Source: Dictyostelium discoideum (taxonomy: Eukaryota). From it: 64,000 bases of DNA. Within the stretch, counting starts at the first letter, position 1. Each line of letters opens with the position of its first letter. A program made the position numbers and the translations under genes. Below are positions 14,663 through 30,275 of this stretch, in pieces. Where the stretch lies: assembly GCA_000004695.1 (NCBI GenBank), contig CM000152.2, positions 800,001-864,000 on the forward strand, read 5' to 3'. The notes beneath the pieces were generated by a model. It saw only the letters and a list, made by a program, of their open reading frames with translations, did not search any database and was not told where the DNA came from.

Positions 14663-15380
14663 ATGAGTAAAAAATTAAATATTTGTTTTTTAGGTGCATC
14701 AGAAGTTGGTATGTATAAAAAAAAAAAAAACAAATAAATAAATTAGTTTTATTAATTTAATTTTTATACTTTTTTTTTTCATTTTATTTTTTTTTTTAGG
14801 AAAATCAAGTTTAATAAGCTCATTCCAAAATTCATATTTTGATGAAAGTCAAACTTATGTACCAACAATTGAAAATAAATCATCGAAATTATATACCTAT
14901 AAACAATTATATACAATTAATAATTATGACACAAGTGGTTCCATAGAGTGTAATTGTATTATACCACAAACCATTAAACAATGTGAAGCATTTGTTATAG
15001 TTTATTCATTAACCGATAGAAATTCATGCGACTCGATAACCATGTACATAGAAATGATAAAAAACTGTTTTAAATATTTAAAAGGTTGTGACAATGTTCC
15101 AATAATATTAGTTGGTAATAAAGTCGATGGCGATAATAATAAAAATTTGGCTTTCACTGAAACCGAAATTCAAGAACTTTCAAAATATATTAATTTACCA
15201 TACATTGAAGCCAGTGCCAAAGATATCCGCTCTGTTCAATCAATTTTTAATCTTTTAATTGATACAATTAACATTAAAGAAAAACAATTAAAAAAACAAC
15301 AATTAAGATATAAAAAACAATTAAGAAATGAAAATAATAGAAATTTCTTTCATAAATTCTTTGCTTTAAAATTAAAATAA
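14663..15380 (+). CDS. Ras-family small GTPase of 208 aa in two exons.
   Basis: Exon 1 is 14663..14708 and exon 2 is 14800..15380. The intron falls inside the P-loop, GASEVG|KSSL, with donor GTATGT and acceptor tttag. G-motifs present: GASEVGKS (G1), DTSG (G3, unusual; the norm is DTAG), LVGNKVD (G4) and EASAKD (G5). The C-terminus is basic (KKQQLRYKKQLRNENNRNFFHKFFALKLK) and has no CAAX box. Confidence 0.8.
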
Positions 15381-15529
15381 CCTTATAATAATTATTATCC
15401 TAAATAAACAAAAATATAATAATATAAAAAAAATGAAAAAACAAAAAAAAAAAAAAAAAAAAATAATCCAATAGTTTAAATATTCAAGTAATTTTGGTGA
15501 AAAAAAAAAATAAAAAAAAAAAAAAAATA

Positions 15530-15685
15530 ATAAAAAACGAGCTATTTTGCTTAAAATATTATCTTTTGCAAAAAAGGTTATATTTAAGTTTAAACATTAA
15601 AAAAAAAAAAAAAAAAACGAGCTATTTTGCTAAAAATATATTATTTGTTTCAAAAATGTTAGATTTAAGAATTAAAAAAAAAAAA
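15530..15685. repeat. Tandem duplication of about 80 bp, in two copies (aaaaacgagctattttgct(t)aaaatat...tttaag...taaaaaaaaa).
   Basis: Direct reading. 15532-15600 and 15612-15680 share 'aaaaaacgagctattttgc' and '(g)atttaag'. The pair lies about 130-280 bp upstream of the secreted-protein gene that starts at 15812. Confidence 0.7.
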
Positions 15686-15811
15686 ATCAAACCTAAAAAT
15701 TTAATAATTATTATTTTTTTTTTTTTAGTATAAATTAAATTTTTTTTTTTTTATTATTATTATTACTATTCCATACTTAAAATTAATTAAAAATTAAATA
15801 AATCAAAAAAA

Positions 15812-16438
15812 ATGAACAGAAAATTAATTTTATTTTTATTAAGTTTTATTTTTATAAATTTTGTAAAATGTGGTTACATTCACATGCAAATGTTTGCTGA
15901 TGCAGATGGATTATGTAAGGATTTGTTTATTGGAGCTTATGTTTTAGAAGGAGTATGTATTGAAAATGTTATTATGAAATGTTCAACAAATCAAAAATCA
16001 GTTTTAGCATATCAGTATGAAAATGATGATTGTTCAGGCCCAATAATTAATCATGAAGAATTAGTAACTGGTGGATGTGTAAATGTTTCATCAAAATTCG
16101 AATGTACTGAAGAAATTGATTTACCACAAGACACAAATACAATTATTATAGTTAGTCATAATTCAACCCAAGAAGAATGTCCAGATTATAAACAAGGTTT
16201 AGTTAAATTAAGTTATCAGATGACAAATCTATGTTTACCAAATATAATCAAACCAAATCAATTTTCAACTATTCAAACATGTGATGAAACTTCAATAACT
16301 CAAACAAATTACCAATCAAGGGATTGTAATCCATCAACTAAAAATCAACCAAACATAAATCCATTGCCAGTAAATGATTGTAAAAACTCTACAAATTATT
16401 TATCAACATACCAATTTTGTTATATTCCAAGTTTTTAA
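15812..16438 (+). CDS. Secreted Cys-rich protein of 208 aa with a signal peptide. Possibly ponticulin-like.
   Basis: Single ORF. N-terminal signal MNRKLILFLLSFIFINFVKC. About 14 Cys in spaced patterns (CSGP, KFEC, TCDET, NDCKN). The family assignment is a guess from the Cys spacing. Confidence 0.6.
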   Translation: MNRKLILFLLSFIFINFVKCGYIHMQMFADADGLCKDLFIGAYVLEGVCIENVIMKCSTNQKSVLAYQYENDDCSGPIINHEELVTGGCVNVSSKFECTEEIDLPQDTNTIIIVSHNSTQEECPDYKQGLVKLSYQMTNLCLPNIIKPNQFSTIQTCDETSITQTNYQSRDCNPSTKNQPNINPLPVNDCKNSTNYLSTYQFCYIPSF

Positions 16439-16629
16439 TTTAAATAAAATTATTTAAATTCATTTTAAATTTAATTTTTTTTTTTTTTTTTTTTTTTAAT
16501 TCATTTAAAAAAGAAAATATTTTAAATGGTGAATGTATCAAATAGTATTTTAAAGTGGGGTTGTTAGCCTTTAAAGAATTAAATACGAGGTTATTTTTAG
16601 AATAAAAATTATTATTTTTAATAACAGGG

Positions 16630-16677
<48 letters not shown>

Positions 16678-17358
16678 AAAAAAGAATATGATATCAATTT
16701 AAATTGTTGAATTTCTTTTAAAAATAATAAAAATAGAACAAAAAAAATATAATAATAACCTTTTTGATTTTGTGGTTAAAATGTGGTGAAAATTATTTGA
16801 GGTTAATTTCACAACTGCTTTGTTTAATTTTGGATTTTCACTTTTTTATTTTTTTTTTTTTTTTTGGAATCTCAATATATTTCAGATCCAAATAATTGAT
16901 TTATATAACTTTTGGTATTTAAAAAAATATGAAAATTTATTTAAAAAAAATAAAAAAAAAAATTAAAAAAATTTTTAAAAAAGTAGGTGCATAACCAACC
17001 ACACATCAATAAAACCTATTTATAGAATTTCTTTTTTTTTTTTTTTTTTTTTATTTTTATTTTTATTTTTATTTTTATTTTTTTTAAAAATTTCACAATT
17101 GTTTTTTTTATTTTTATTTTTATTTTTTTTTTTTATTCAAATATTGTTATTTTATCTTATCAACCAGTTATTTGTGGTTTTACTTTGTTACGGTTTATAA
17201 ATAAATAAACAAATAAAAATAAAAATAATAAAAATAAAATTTTAAATTAAATATTATTTTTTCATTAGATTTAATATAAAATCTACTACAAAATTTATAC
17301 ATTTTCACATATAAAATAATCATTTAAAAAAAAAAAAAAAAAAAAAAATTTTTTAAAA

Positions 17359-18847
17359 ATGAATAATAAAATTTTAATTTTATTAATAGTTTTAATTTAT
17401 TTTATAAATTTTATTTATAGCCAAACGTTTTATGTGGAAAGTTCAATGGAACCACCAACTCAAGGTATACCAAATATGGAATTTTATTTATATAATATAG
17501 ATATTGATAATCAAGATAAAACACCAACGATTACATTTACATCAAGTCAATTGAAAACCTATGGAAGTCGAAAGAATGCTACAACTTTTAATTTTCAAAT
17601 TCCAAGAGGGTGTGGCAAAGATAATGATATAGTGGTTCAGATAGGCACAGATTCATATCAAATGAAAATATCCTACCAAGCACCAATCATTTCAAGTTGT
17701 TCAATAGTGCAAGGTGGTAATAATAATTTAGTGATGTGTGTTGGTGATAATTTCGGAAGCGATGTAGCAAATTTGGATGGCTCAAAAACAATTATCAAAT
17801 ACTCCGATCAAGTTATACCAATAAAAACATTCAACGATTCAAGTATAACCTTTGAAATTCAAGATTATTATTTTAGTGATTATATAAATATTGATGTTTG
17901 TAATGTATCGATTGCAACCAACTATCTTATAAACATTGATCCAATTTTTAAAAGTTATTCACTACCAATACCATTACATAAATCAAATGAAATAGTTGAT
18001 ATAATTGGTATTCATTTTTCACCAACTTTATCAAATTCTTCATTAAATTGTAACAGTAGTAGTAGTAGTAGTAGTAGTGATGGTAGTAGTACAAATTTAA
18101 CACCAATAATTTGTAAATTTGAAAATTCATTAAAATTTTCATGTAATTTATCAATAGTTAATAGTAAAATTAAAGCATGTAGCATTTTAGTAAATAATAT
18201 AATTCAAGATACATTTAATATAATTTATAGTGAACCAATCATTGAAAGAGTAACTTCAATTTATTCTTATGAAAATGGTAATATCACCATATATGGTACA
18301 GATTTTTATGAACCAATTCAATTTGTTAAAATTGGTAACTTAGATTGTTTAAATCCAAATTTAACTAATAACCACTACGATGATGATGATGGTGATGATG
18401 ATGATGACGACAATGACAAAAACTCCAAATCATATATAACTTGTCAATTATTAGCTTTACCAGATGATTATAATATAAATTTCAATGTAAATATTAATGT
18501 AACAGTAAAATCTGATGGATTAATTGGAATTTATCAATCATTCCGTTATTTAGATAAAATTAGTCAAGGTAGTGATAATCATGATCAAGATGATAAATTG
18601 AAATGGATGATACCTGTTATTATAATTCCAATCTTTTTTGGAATGTTAACAATTTTCATACCTTTTATTTTATGTAAAAATAAATCAACAATGACTGCTT
18701 TCAATAATTGTTGTATGAGAAGGTTTAAAGATCCAACAAAATCAAAACGTAATAGTAATGGTATGGTTTCTTCAAAAATTCCAAATAATAATACTACAAA
18801 ATCAATTTCTGATGTTAATATTCATGGTAATTTAGCAAATTATGATG

Positions 18848-18852
<5 letters not shown>
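17359..18852 (+). CDS. Type I membrane glycoprotein of 497 aa with a signal peptide, a beta-rich ectodomain, one TM segment and a short cytoplasmic tail.
   Basis: Single ORF. Signal MNNKILILLIVLIYFINFIYSQ. Many N-glycosylation sequons. Poly-Ser and poly-Asp linkers. TM WMIPVIIIPIFFGMLTIFIPFIL followed by a basic stop-transfer CKNKS. The ectodomain segments might be IPT/TIG-like, as in tgr-type adhesion proteins; this is unverified. Confidence 0.65.
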
Positions 18853-18887
<35 letters not shown>

Positions 18888-19226
18888 AAAAAAAAAACAA
18901 ATAATAATAATAATAAATCCGTATATAAATATATAAAAATATAAAAAACACAACACATCATTTAAAACATATGTAAAAGTATATATATAACTTCTATAAT
19001 TATAAAATCCAACTACTTTCCAACAATAATAATTATTGTAAATATATAAAATGTAATATAATTAAATATTTTTTTTTTAAAAAAAAAAAAAAAGGCATAA
19101 AATAAAAAAAAAAAAAAAAAAACTTTTAACAATTATAATTTATAATTGTAATCAATATTATTGTATTGATTTACATTTCTGTAATGATTTTTATTTTTAT
19201 TGTTGTTATTTTTTTTTTTTTTTTTT

Positions 19227-21289
19227 TTAATTATAATTATTTTTAATTTCAAATCTAACTAAAATATTTGTAATGATATCAGAATGAGGATTATCTGTGA
19301 GTGCAATTTGAGCAAGAGTAGTTTCAAAAGGTAATAGAATTGGTAAATTATAAGATTCCTTTGAAAGACGTGATAATAAACTTGCTGCTCTTTTTGAAAT
19401 TTCTGCATTCTCTCCAGTTGGTTTATGTGTTAATAAATTAATTAAATGTCTAACTAATCCTGGATAATGACAAATTGTAATTCTAAATATATGTATAAAA
19501 ATAAAATAGTTAGAATAGTTTTTAATTATATATACATATATTTTTTTTTTTTAAAAATTTTCACATACCTTAATTTTTGAGAAGATTTTGAGAGTGTTGA
19601 TAAAATTTGAATTGATAATAATTGAATTGATTGATGTGAATGACTTAAAAGTTCTACAACTCTACTAATTAAATTTGGATGTTTTTCAAAGACTTTCTTT
19701 GGATTTTTAATTGTAAAAGTTTCAATTACTGAAGAAGTTAGAGTTTGGAATGTTGGTGGTGTTGATGTAGATTGTAAAGTTTCATTGTTATTTGTTGTTG
19801 TTGTTGTTGTAGTTGTAGTTGTAGGAAATGGTGGTGATGTAACATTTGATGATGATGATGATGATGATGTTTGTGGTAATGGTGAAGATACTGCATTCGA
19901 TGTTGAAGATGAGGTAGGTGGTGGTGGTGAATTATTTGAAATTATAAATTGATCATAGATTGGTTTCATTACCAACTCATCCAAAGCATAACGATTTCTC
20001 TTTGATTTACAAATATAATCAATGGTTTCGACACATGCCAATAATTCTGAATCATCCTTAAAACAATAGATTGACATCTCTAATATTGATAATAGTTTTT
20101 TAGTTAAAATTGAAACTGGTAATTTCTTTAAAACATAAAATTTATTTGATCCATAACACATCTCTCTAACTTGGTCTTTTGAAAATATATTCTTTTCATT
20201 TAAACTTTTAACTAAATCTTCATTTTCATTATTATTCTTATTATCATTTGTTGCAGTAGTAGTTGTAGTGGTAGCTGTTGTAGTTGGTGGTGGTGGTGTA
20301 GTAATATCCATTAAAGTTTCGTTATCATTTTGTTGAGGTTGTTGTTGTTGTGGTTGAGGTGGTTGTGGTGGTGGTGGTGGTTGTTGTAATGTTAAATATT
20401 GAATAATTTTTGAGAAAATTTCAATGATATATCTAGTAATATTTGAATTTAATTGATTGATTGGGTGTAAATTTAAAGAATCGAATGGGTTGAAAGTATT
20501 TGGATCAAATGAATTCTGTTTACTTGATAAACTTTTTCTATATGTTAAATAAGAATGTGCAATCTCTAACAATGCTAAAAGTGCAGTTGGATTATTTGCT
20601 AAATATTGATCATTTGGTTTTTGGAGTATTGAATTTCTTAAGATTGATACAATTTTTGAAATTAAAATAGTATCATTATTTAAATTTAATTTATAAGTTG
20701 TTAATTCTTCTGAATCTTTATCATCATCATCATCATTATTATTACTATTATTATTCTTATTCTCTGGTGTAAATGATACAATAGCATTTAATAATGAATC
20801 TAAAATTGAAGGAATTGGAAACATTGTCTCTTTGAAATCCTTTTCAATGCTAATTGAAAAAATTAATTTTTCTTGATAGGATTTTGTTAATAATGAATTC
20901 AAAGCAAAGTCAATTTTTTTATCATCTTTTGATAATAAATAATCTACTAATCTAGATAAATATGAATGAACTTGAATTCTCTTATTTAATCTATCTGAAT
21001 AAAATGGTACTTCTGTTCTTTTAATATCTATTAAAATAATAATAATAATATTATTAATAATAAGAATAATAATAATAATAATAATAAATAACAATAACAA
21101 TAAATAATAATAATAATAAAAGAGATATTTAAATTATTTTATTAATATTAAATATTAATTATTACTATTTTTTTTTTTTTTTACAAATTGTTTTTTAATT
21201 TTTTTTTTTAATTTTTTTTTTTTTTTTAATAACATACAAACTGTATGGCTATATTGCATAGCATAAGGATGATATTGATTCATCTGCAT
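19227..21289 (-). CDS. Hypothetical protein of about 588 aa in three exons, with helical-repeat (ARM/HEAT-like?) ends and internal poly-Pro/Gln, poly-Thr and poly-Ser.
   Basis: Exons are 21289..21238 (MQMNQYHPYAMQYSHTV, donor GTATGT), 21027..19569 and 19482..19227. The 'MLLLFIIIII' N-terminus of the supplied ORF is translated intron. The donor at 19568 is GTATGTGA. The terminal exon encodes ITICHYPGLVRHLINLLTHKPTGENAEISKRAASLLSRL... and ends in TAA. Phases are consistent. No family recognised. Confidence 0.6.
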
Positions 21290-21870
21290 TTTTAATATAT
21301 AAAATTTAATACACCAAATATTGTGTGGATTTTTTTTTTTTTTTTTTTTAAAATTTGGGACTAATTATCTATAAATAAAAAATTAAAAAATAAATGAAAA
21401 AAAAAAAAAAAAGTAATGACCAAAAATTCAAATTTTTTTGAAAAAAAAAATAAAAAAAAAAAAAAAATGAAAAAAAAAAAAAATTAATAAAAAAAGGAAA
21501 ATGTTTCAGAGAGGCAGGTTTTTTATTATTTTTATTTTTTATTTAAATCTAAGAATTCTTTACAAGAATATTTTATATTATATTGATTATTAATAAGATT
21601 GATCGTACATTGAAATTTTTAAAAGTGTGGTAATAGTATTATTTCTATTTGTTTTTTAATATTGTTTTTTTTATTTTTTTTTAACTTGTGTGTTGATTTG
21701 TTATTATTTGTTTTTAAAAGTAAGAACATGGAAAAAAAAAAATAAAAAAATAATTACAAAAAAAAAAAAAAAAATTGGTAAATCCAAAAAAAAAAAAAAT
21801 ATATAAAGGGAAATTTTTTTTTTTTTTTATTATTAAATAAATTTAAAAAACTATTTTTTAAGAAAATAAA

Positions 21871-22323
21871 ATGAAATTTATAATTACAATTTTATTATTT
21901 GCTTTATTAACCATTAGTTTCAGTTCTGCCTCTGAAGATAGCTTCCAATGTGGTAGATATGCATGTTTACCAGGCCATTCTTGTATTTGTGATAATGGTG
22001 TTTATAGATGTGTTTATGTTTGTGAAGAAGTAACAATCGTTCAAACTATTACTGATTCATGGGTTGATAGTGAAAAGAAACCAAGTGTTAAAGTAAATGT
22101 TGATGTTATCAATCATACTCATCGTACAATTAAGGATATAGTAATTGCAACTGATGCTCATTTAAATTCCGGTCAAATTTGGGGTGCCCACTTAAATGGT
22201 TTCTTATTAGATTTCCCAGATTACGTTTCAATTGCTCCAGGTCAAATTCATTCATTTGGTTATATTAATAGAGGTACTAGTGCTGCTCATCTTTGGGTTC
22301 AACATGTTTTCATCTCTGCTTAA
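21871..22323 (+). CDS. Small secreted protein of 150 aa with an N-terminal Cys-rich knot and a C-terminal beta-rich domain.
   Basis: Single ORF. Signal MKFIITILLFALLTISFSSA. Then CGRYACLPGHSCICDNGVYRCVYVC. C-terminal region ...SIAPGQIHSFGYINRG...HLWVQHVF. It may be a carbohydrate-binding-type beta-sandwich; this is unverified. Confidence 0.6.
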   Translation: MKFIITILLFALLTISFSSASEDSFQCGRYACLPGHSCICDNGVYRCVYVCEEVTIVQTITDSWVDSEKKPSVKVNVDVINHTHRTIKDIVIATDAHLNSGQIWGAHLNGFLLDFPDYVSIAPGQIHSFGYINRGTSAAHLWVQHVFISA

Positions 22324-22510
22324 TTTTTTTTTAAATAAATAAATCATCATTTTTTACAAAAAAAAAAAAAAAAAAAAAAAATATCGATAAGAATTTTCCA
22401 TTTCCAAAATTAAAAAAAAACAAGAAAAAAATCTTTTTTTTTTTTTAATTTCGGAATTGAAAATTCCAATACCAATTTTTGATGACGTTTGGAATGTTCA
22501 GTGCCAAAAT

Positions 22511-22567
<57 letters not shown>

Positions 22568-22686
22568 ATAAAAAGTTTTTGAATAATATTTTTAATATAT
22601 TAATATTCTAAAACTTTTTATTAATATATTAATATTATATATTTTAATTTTTTTTTTTTATAAAAGATAATCACAAAATAATATAA

Positions 22687-23177
22687 ATGAAAGTTTTATC
22701 TGTTCTTTGTGCTTTATTAATTACAGTTGCAACTGCAAAACAAGAATTATCAGAATCTCAGTATAGAGATGCATTCACTGATTGGATGATCAGTAATCAA
22801 AAATCATATAGTTCAAGTGAATTCATAACTCGTTATAATATTTTCAAAACAAATTTTGACTACATCGAGGAATGGAATTCAAAAGGTAGTGAAACAGTTT
22901 TGGGTTTAAATAAAATGGCTGATATCACAAATGAAGAATATAGATCATTATACTTAGGTAAACCATTTGATGCCTCATCATTAATTGGTACAAAAGAAGA
23001 GATTTTATTTAGTAATAAATTTTCATCAACAGTTGACTGGAGAAAAAAAGGTGCTGTTACCCATGTAAAAAATCAACAATCTTGGTAAGTAAAATTTTTT
23101 TTTTTTTTTTTTTTATTTATTCTTACTGGGGTGAACGACGGGATAATTCGTGATTTTACCGAGTTTCGAACCTCAGA

Positions 23178-23239
<62 letters not shown>

Positions 23240-24101
23240 TTACTAATATACTTAATTTCAAAATAATTTTTAGTTCTGGTTGTTGGTCATTTTCAGCTAC
23301 TGGAGCAACTGAAGGTGCCCATAAACTTGCTAATAATGGTACAAATGAATTGGTTTCATTATCTGAACAAAATTTAATTGATTGTTCAACTCCATTTGGT
23401 AATACTGGGTGTAATGGTGGAGTGATAACATATGCATTTGAATATATTATTAGTAATGGGGGTATAGATACAGAGAAATCATATCCATTTGAAGGTACAG
23501 ATGGAACTTGTCGTTATAAATCTGAAAATTCGGGTGCAACAATTTCATCATATGTAAATGTTACATTTGGTTCAGAAAGTTCATTAGAATCTGCTGTAAA
23601 TGTTAATCCAGTTGCATGTTCAATTGATGCATCACATAGTAGTTTTCTATTTTATAAATCTGGTATTTATTTTGAACCAGCTTGTTCGAGAACCAACCTT
23701 GATCATGGTGTTTTAGTAGTTGGTTATGGTACTGAAAATAGCCAATCACAAGATTCAAGTAGTGAACCAAATCATTCAAATTATTGGATTGCTAAAAACT
23801 CGTAAGTTTTAAAACATTTATTATTCAATAATTTTAAAATATTAAATTATTATTATTTTCTAACCACATAATTTTTTAATTTTTATTATTATAATCTCAA
23901 TAGTTGGGGAAATGAGTAAGTATTTTATAATATTTAAAATTACAATTATATAATTTTAATTTTTAATATTTCACTAACAACAATAAAAATATATTTTTAA
24001 ATTTATATTATAGTTGGGGAATAAATGGTTATATTTTAATGAGCAAGGATAGAGATAATATGTGTGGAATTTCAACATTAGCATCATTCCCAATTGTATA
24101 A
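22687..24101 (+). CDS. Papain-family (cathepsin L-like) cysteine protease of about 341 aa in four exons.
   Basis: Exons are 22687..23084, 23274..23801, 23904..23915 (a 12-nt micro-exon) and 24014..24101. A signal peptide is followed by an I29 propeptide (ERFNIN-like: [20 protein letters not shown]). The catalytic Cys region is [23 protein letters not shown]. The His region is [11 protein letters not shown]. The Asn/Trp region reassembles across the micro-exon as [30 protein letters not shown]. All donors are GTAAGT. Confidence 0.85.
23120..23240. other. GC-rich 65-nt tRNA-like island (contains GGTTCGAAA and a T-arm-like hairpin on the minus strand), immediately followed by a roughly 60-nt poly(dT) run. 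Both lie inside intron 1 of the cysteine-protease gene.
   Basis: Direct reading of 'ttcttactggggtgaacgacgggataattcgtgattttaccgagtttcgaacctcagacttgc' followed by about 60 T. The reverse complement has ctgagGTTCGAAActcgg, a 5-bp stem with a T-loop-like loop. I cannot build a full cloverleaf, so this is not a functional tRNA. Confidence 0.3.
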
Positions 24102-24954
24102 AGAAAAAGTAAAATTAATTAAAAAAAAAAAATAGACATAATAAATTACATTAAATACCATCAATCGAAATTCGAAAAATTAAATAAAATTTCTAAATAA
24201 TTTATAAAAAAAAAAAAAAAAAAAAAAAAAGAAAAAAAAACAAAATTAAATTAATTAATTAATTTTAATACATTTATTTGGTCCTTTTTGAAAAAATTAA
24301 TAAAAATGTAAAATTAGATCGATAAAATATTTTACAAAAATTAAAAAAAATGAAAAAAATTGTAAAACTAATTAATCTGAATTATAAACAAGGGTGTTGG
24401 TAATATTACCCCCACACTAAAAAAAAAATAAAAAATAAAAAATAAAAAATTTTATTTAACAATTTTTTAAAAAAAAAAAAAAAAAACAATTTTGGTATTC
24501 CTTTTTTTTCCTTTTTATTTTTTTTTTTTGTACAATAAATATTGTTTGAAGGGATTTTTTTTTTTTTTTTTTTTTTGTATAATATATATTATTTGAATAG
24601 AATTTTTTAAAAAATTAAAATTATCATTGTTGATTTTTTTCTTTTTTTTTTTTGAAATATGAAAGTTAAACCTTTAGTGGATAGGTTTTGTTTGTTTTTT
24701 TTTTTTTTTTTTATGGTTTTCATTTTAATAATATTGTTACTAAATAATTTAACAAAATTTCAAATTTAAATTTTGCCCAGATATTGAGTACACTTTATAA
24801 TTAAGGGGGGTGAATGTTAATTATAAATTGAGAAAAACAATGATTGAACTAAAAAATATTTTTTTCAAATTATCTACTAAACTACTAGCAATATTAGAAG
24901 AAATGAATGTAAGCGCACAAAAAAAACAAAAATACGAAAAATTTTAATTTTATT

Positions 24955-25017
24955 ACCACAAACACAAACACAAACACAAACACAAATACAAGCACAAACA
25001 CAAACTCAAACTCAAAT
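24955..25017. repeat. (CAAACA)n microsatellite.
   Basis: Direct reading: 'cacaaacacaaacacaaacacaaacacaaatacaagcacaaacacaaactcaaactcaaa'. It lies about 260 bp upstream of the Ras-like gene at 25274. CA-rich promoter elements are known regulatory motifs in Dictyostelium. Confidence 0.7.
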
Positions 25018-25273
25018 AATATTACCACATACAAGCAAACACACGAAAATATTTATTTTTTAAAAAAAATTTGTTAATTGCTGGTTAATTTGTATATTGA
25101 TAAGTCATTATTTAAAAAATATCCTTTTTCTTTGATTTTTTTTTTTTTTTTTTAAAAAAAAACAAATATGCATTTAAAAAAAAAAATCAATAAAAAAAAG
25201 AAAAGAAAGAAAAAAACTTTATTATTTATTTGATCACATATCATAAAAAAAAAAAATAAAAAAAATAAAAACT

Positions 25274-26184
<911 letters not shown>

Positions 26185-26495
26185 AATAAAAAAAATAAAA
26201 ATAATAAAAAATCCCTTAAATAAAAAAAAACTCTTTGAAAAATAAAATTTAAAAAAAGTCGTAAAATTTTGGAAAAGAATGCACGAAAAAGATATTTTCG
26301 GTATTATTTTTTTGTGCAGAGTGTCATGATTGCAATCGCATAAAAAAACCACAAATTTAATCAAATATGTTGCTTTAAACTTGAATTAATAATATTTACA
26401 TTTTTTTTTTTTTTTTTTTTTATTTTAATTAATTAATAGTTGTTTTATTTTTATTTTTTTAAAGAATTTTTAGCGTTTTTTTTATCTTTCCAAAC

Positions 26496-26542
<47 letters not shown>

Positions 26543-26824
26543 AACTTAGTTGTTTGAGTTTAAATATTTTTTGTCATTCACCTTTTTTTTTTTTTATTAT
26601 TTTTTTTTTTTTTTATTCAGAGCAAAACACACGATCGGTGAAGTCTTATTTTTATCAAAAAATAAAAAAAAAATAAAAAAAAAAATAAAAAATAAAAAAA
26701 TAAAAATTTTCTTAATGTTTTTAAATGATCAAAAAATAAAAAAAAAAAATGAAAATTAAATAAAATATATTTTTCTCCAAAAAAAAACATGGTCACTCAA
26801 GCCTCTTGGCCTCCAATCTTGGTT

Positions 26825-26911
<87 letters not shown>

Positions 26912-27062
26912 CATTTTACAGACAATGAGTAATGTCTTTAAAATATTAAACAGGTAAAAATTTAAATAGTAAAAAATAAAATTTAATTAAAAAAAAAAAA
27001 AAAAAATAAAACTATTAATGTAAAGTTTCATTTTTTCATTTTATTTAATAAAATTTTTTTTG

Positions 27063-29140
<2,078 letters not shown>

Positions 29141-30234
29141 AGTTATTAAATCTTAGAGAAAACACAAAAAAAAAATAAAAAAAAAAAAAAATCTATTTTT
29201 TTTTTCAATACACAAAGAGAAAACACAAAACTATACCAAAAAAAAAAAAAAAAACAATTTCTTTAAAATATTTTCAAATAACCTGAGAAGAGATATTTAA
29301 AAAATTGTAAAAAATTTTATTTTTTTTTATTTTTTTTTTATTCCAAATCTTTCATTTGGTGAAGTTTCAATATTTTCTTAACGTAAATAATTTATTTTTA
29401 TTTTATTTTTTATTTTTTTTTTTTTTTTTGAAAAAAAAAAAGATCAAACAAAAAAAAGAAATTGTAAAATGACCCAAGAGATAGGTTCTCAATCGTCGAT
29501 TAAAAATGGTATTTAAAAAATTAAAAAAGAAAAGATTTTATCTCGTTGTTAATGATTCTGTAATTAAAAAAAAATAAAATAAAAAAAAATAAAAAAAAAA
29601 TAAAAAAAAAAATAAAAAAAAAATAAAAACTTTTTTTTGATTGGGGGTGTTAAAATCTAAAAATAACATTGTTTTTTTTTTTTTTTCAAAATAATTTCAA
29701 ATTATCAATGCTTTATTATGAAATAGTGTTATATATCTAATAATTTTATTATTTATTTTGATTAAGTGGTTATTTTAGATTTTTAGGAAAATATTTTTAT
29801 GTTGGTGTCAAAAAGTGTGGTTTGGTTTTTTTTTTTTTTTTTTTTTTTTTTCAAAAAAAAAACAACACATCTGTACCAGCCCTTTTTTTTTTCTTTTTTT
29901 TTTTTTTATAATTGCACATAATATTTTCTCAGGTGATTTCAAAACCATATATATTTATACTATTTTTAATAACAAAAGAGTTAAAAATAAATTTGTGGTA
30001 ATACTCAAATGAGAGAGATATAAAATCATTATAATAACTTTGGTGTTTTTTTTTATTTTTTTTCTTTTAATTTTTTTTTTTATTTTTTATTTTTTTTATT
30101 CAAAAAACCTATCTTATATATTTTTTTTTTTTATTTTTTTTTATTTTAATAAATTTATTTTATTTTGTAAATTATAATTATAATTGTTTAAAAAAAAAAA
30201 AAAAATATCTATTTAATAAACCACTTATATTTAA

Positions 30235-30271
<37 letters not shown>

Positions 30272-30275
<4 letters not shown>

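Noticed and set aside
19526-21100. N-terminal part of the supplied 524-aa ORF (MLLLFIIIIIIILIINN...)
   Set aside because: It is a translation of an AT-rich intron. The real exon begins after an AG acceptor at about 21028 and is preceded by a separate ATG exon at 21289..21238.
23120-23195. Intronic GC island as a functional tRNA gene
   Set aside because: Only a T-arm-like hairpin can be drawn, on the minus strand and at the wrong end. No full cloverleaf can be built. It is kept only as a tRNA-like remnant.
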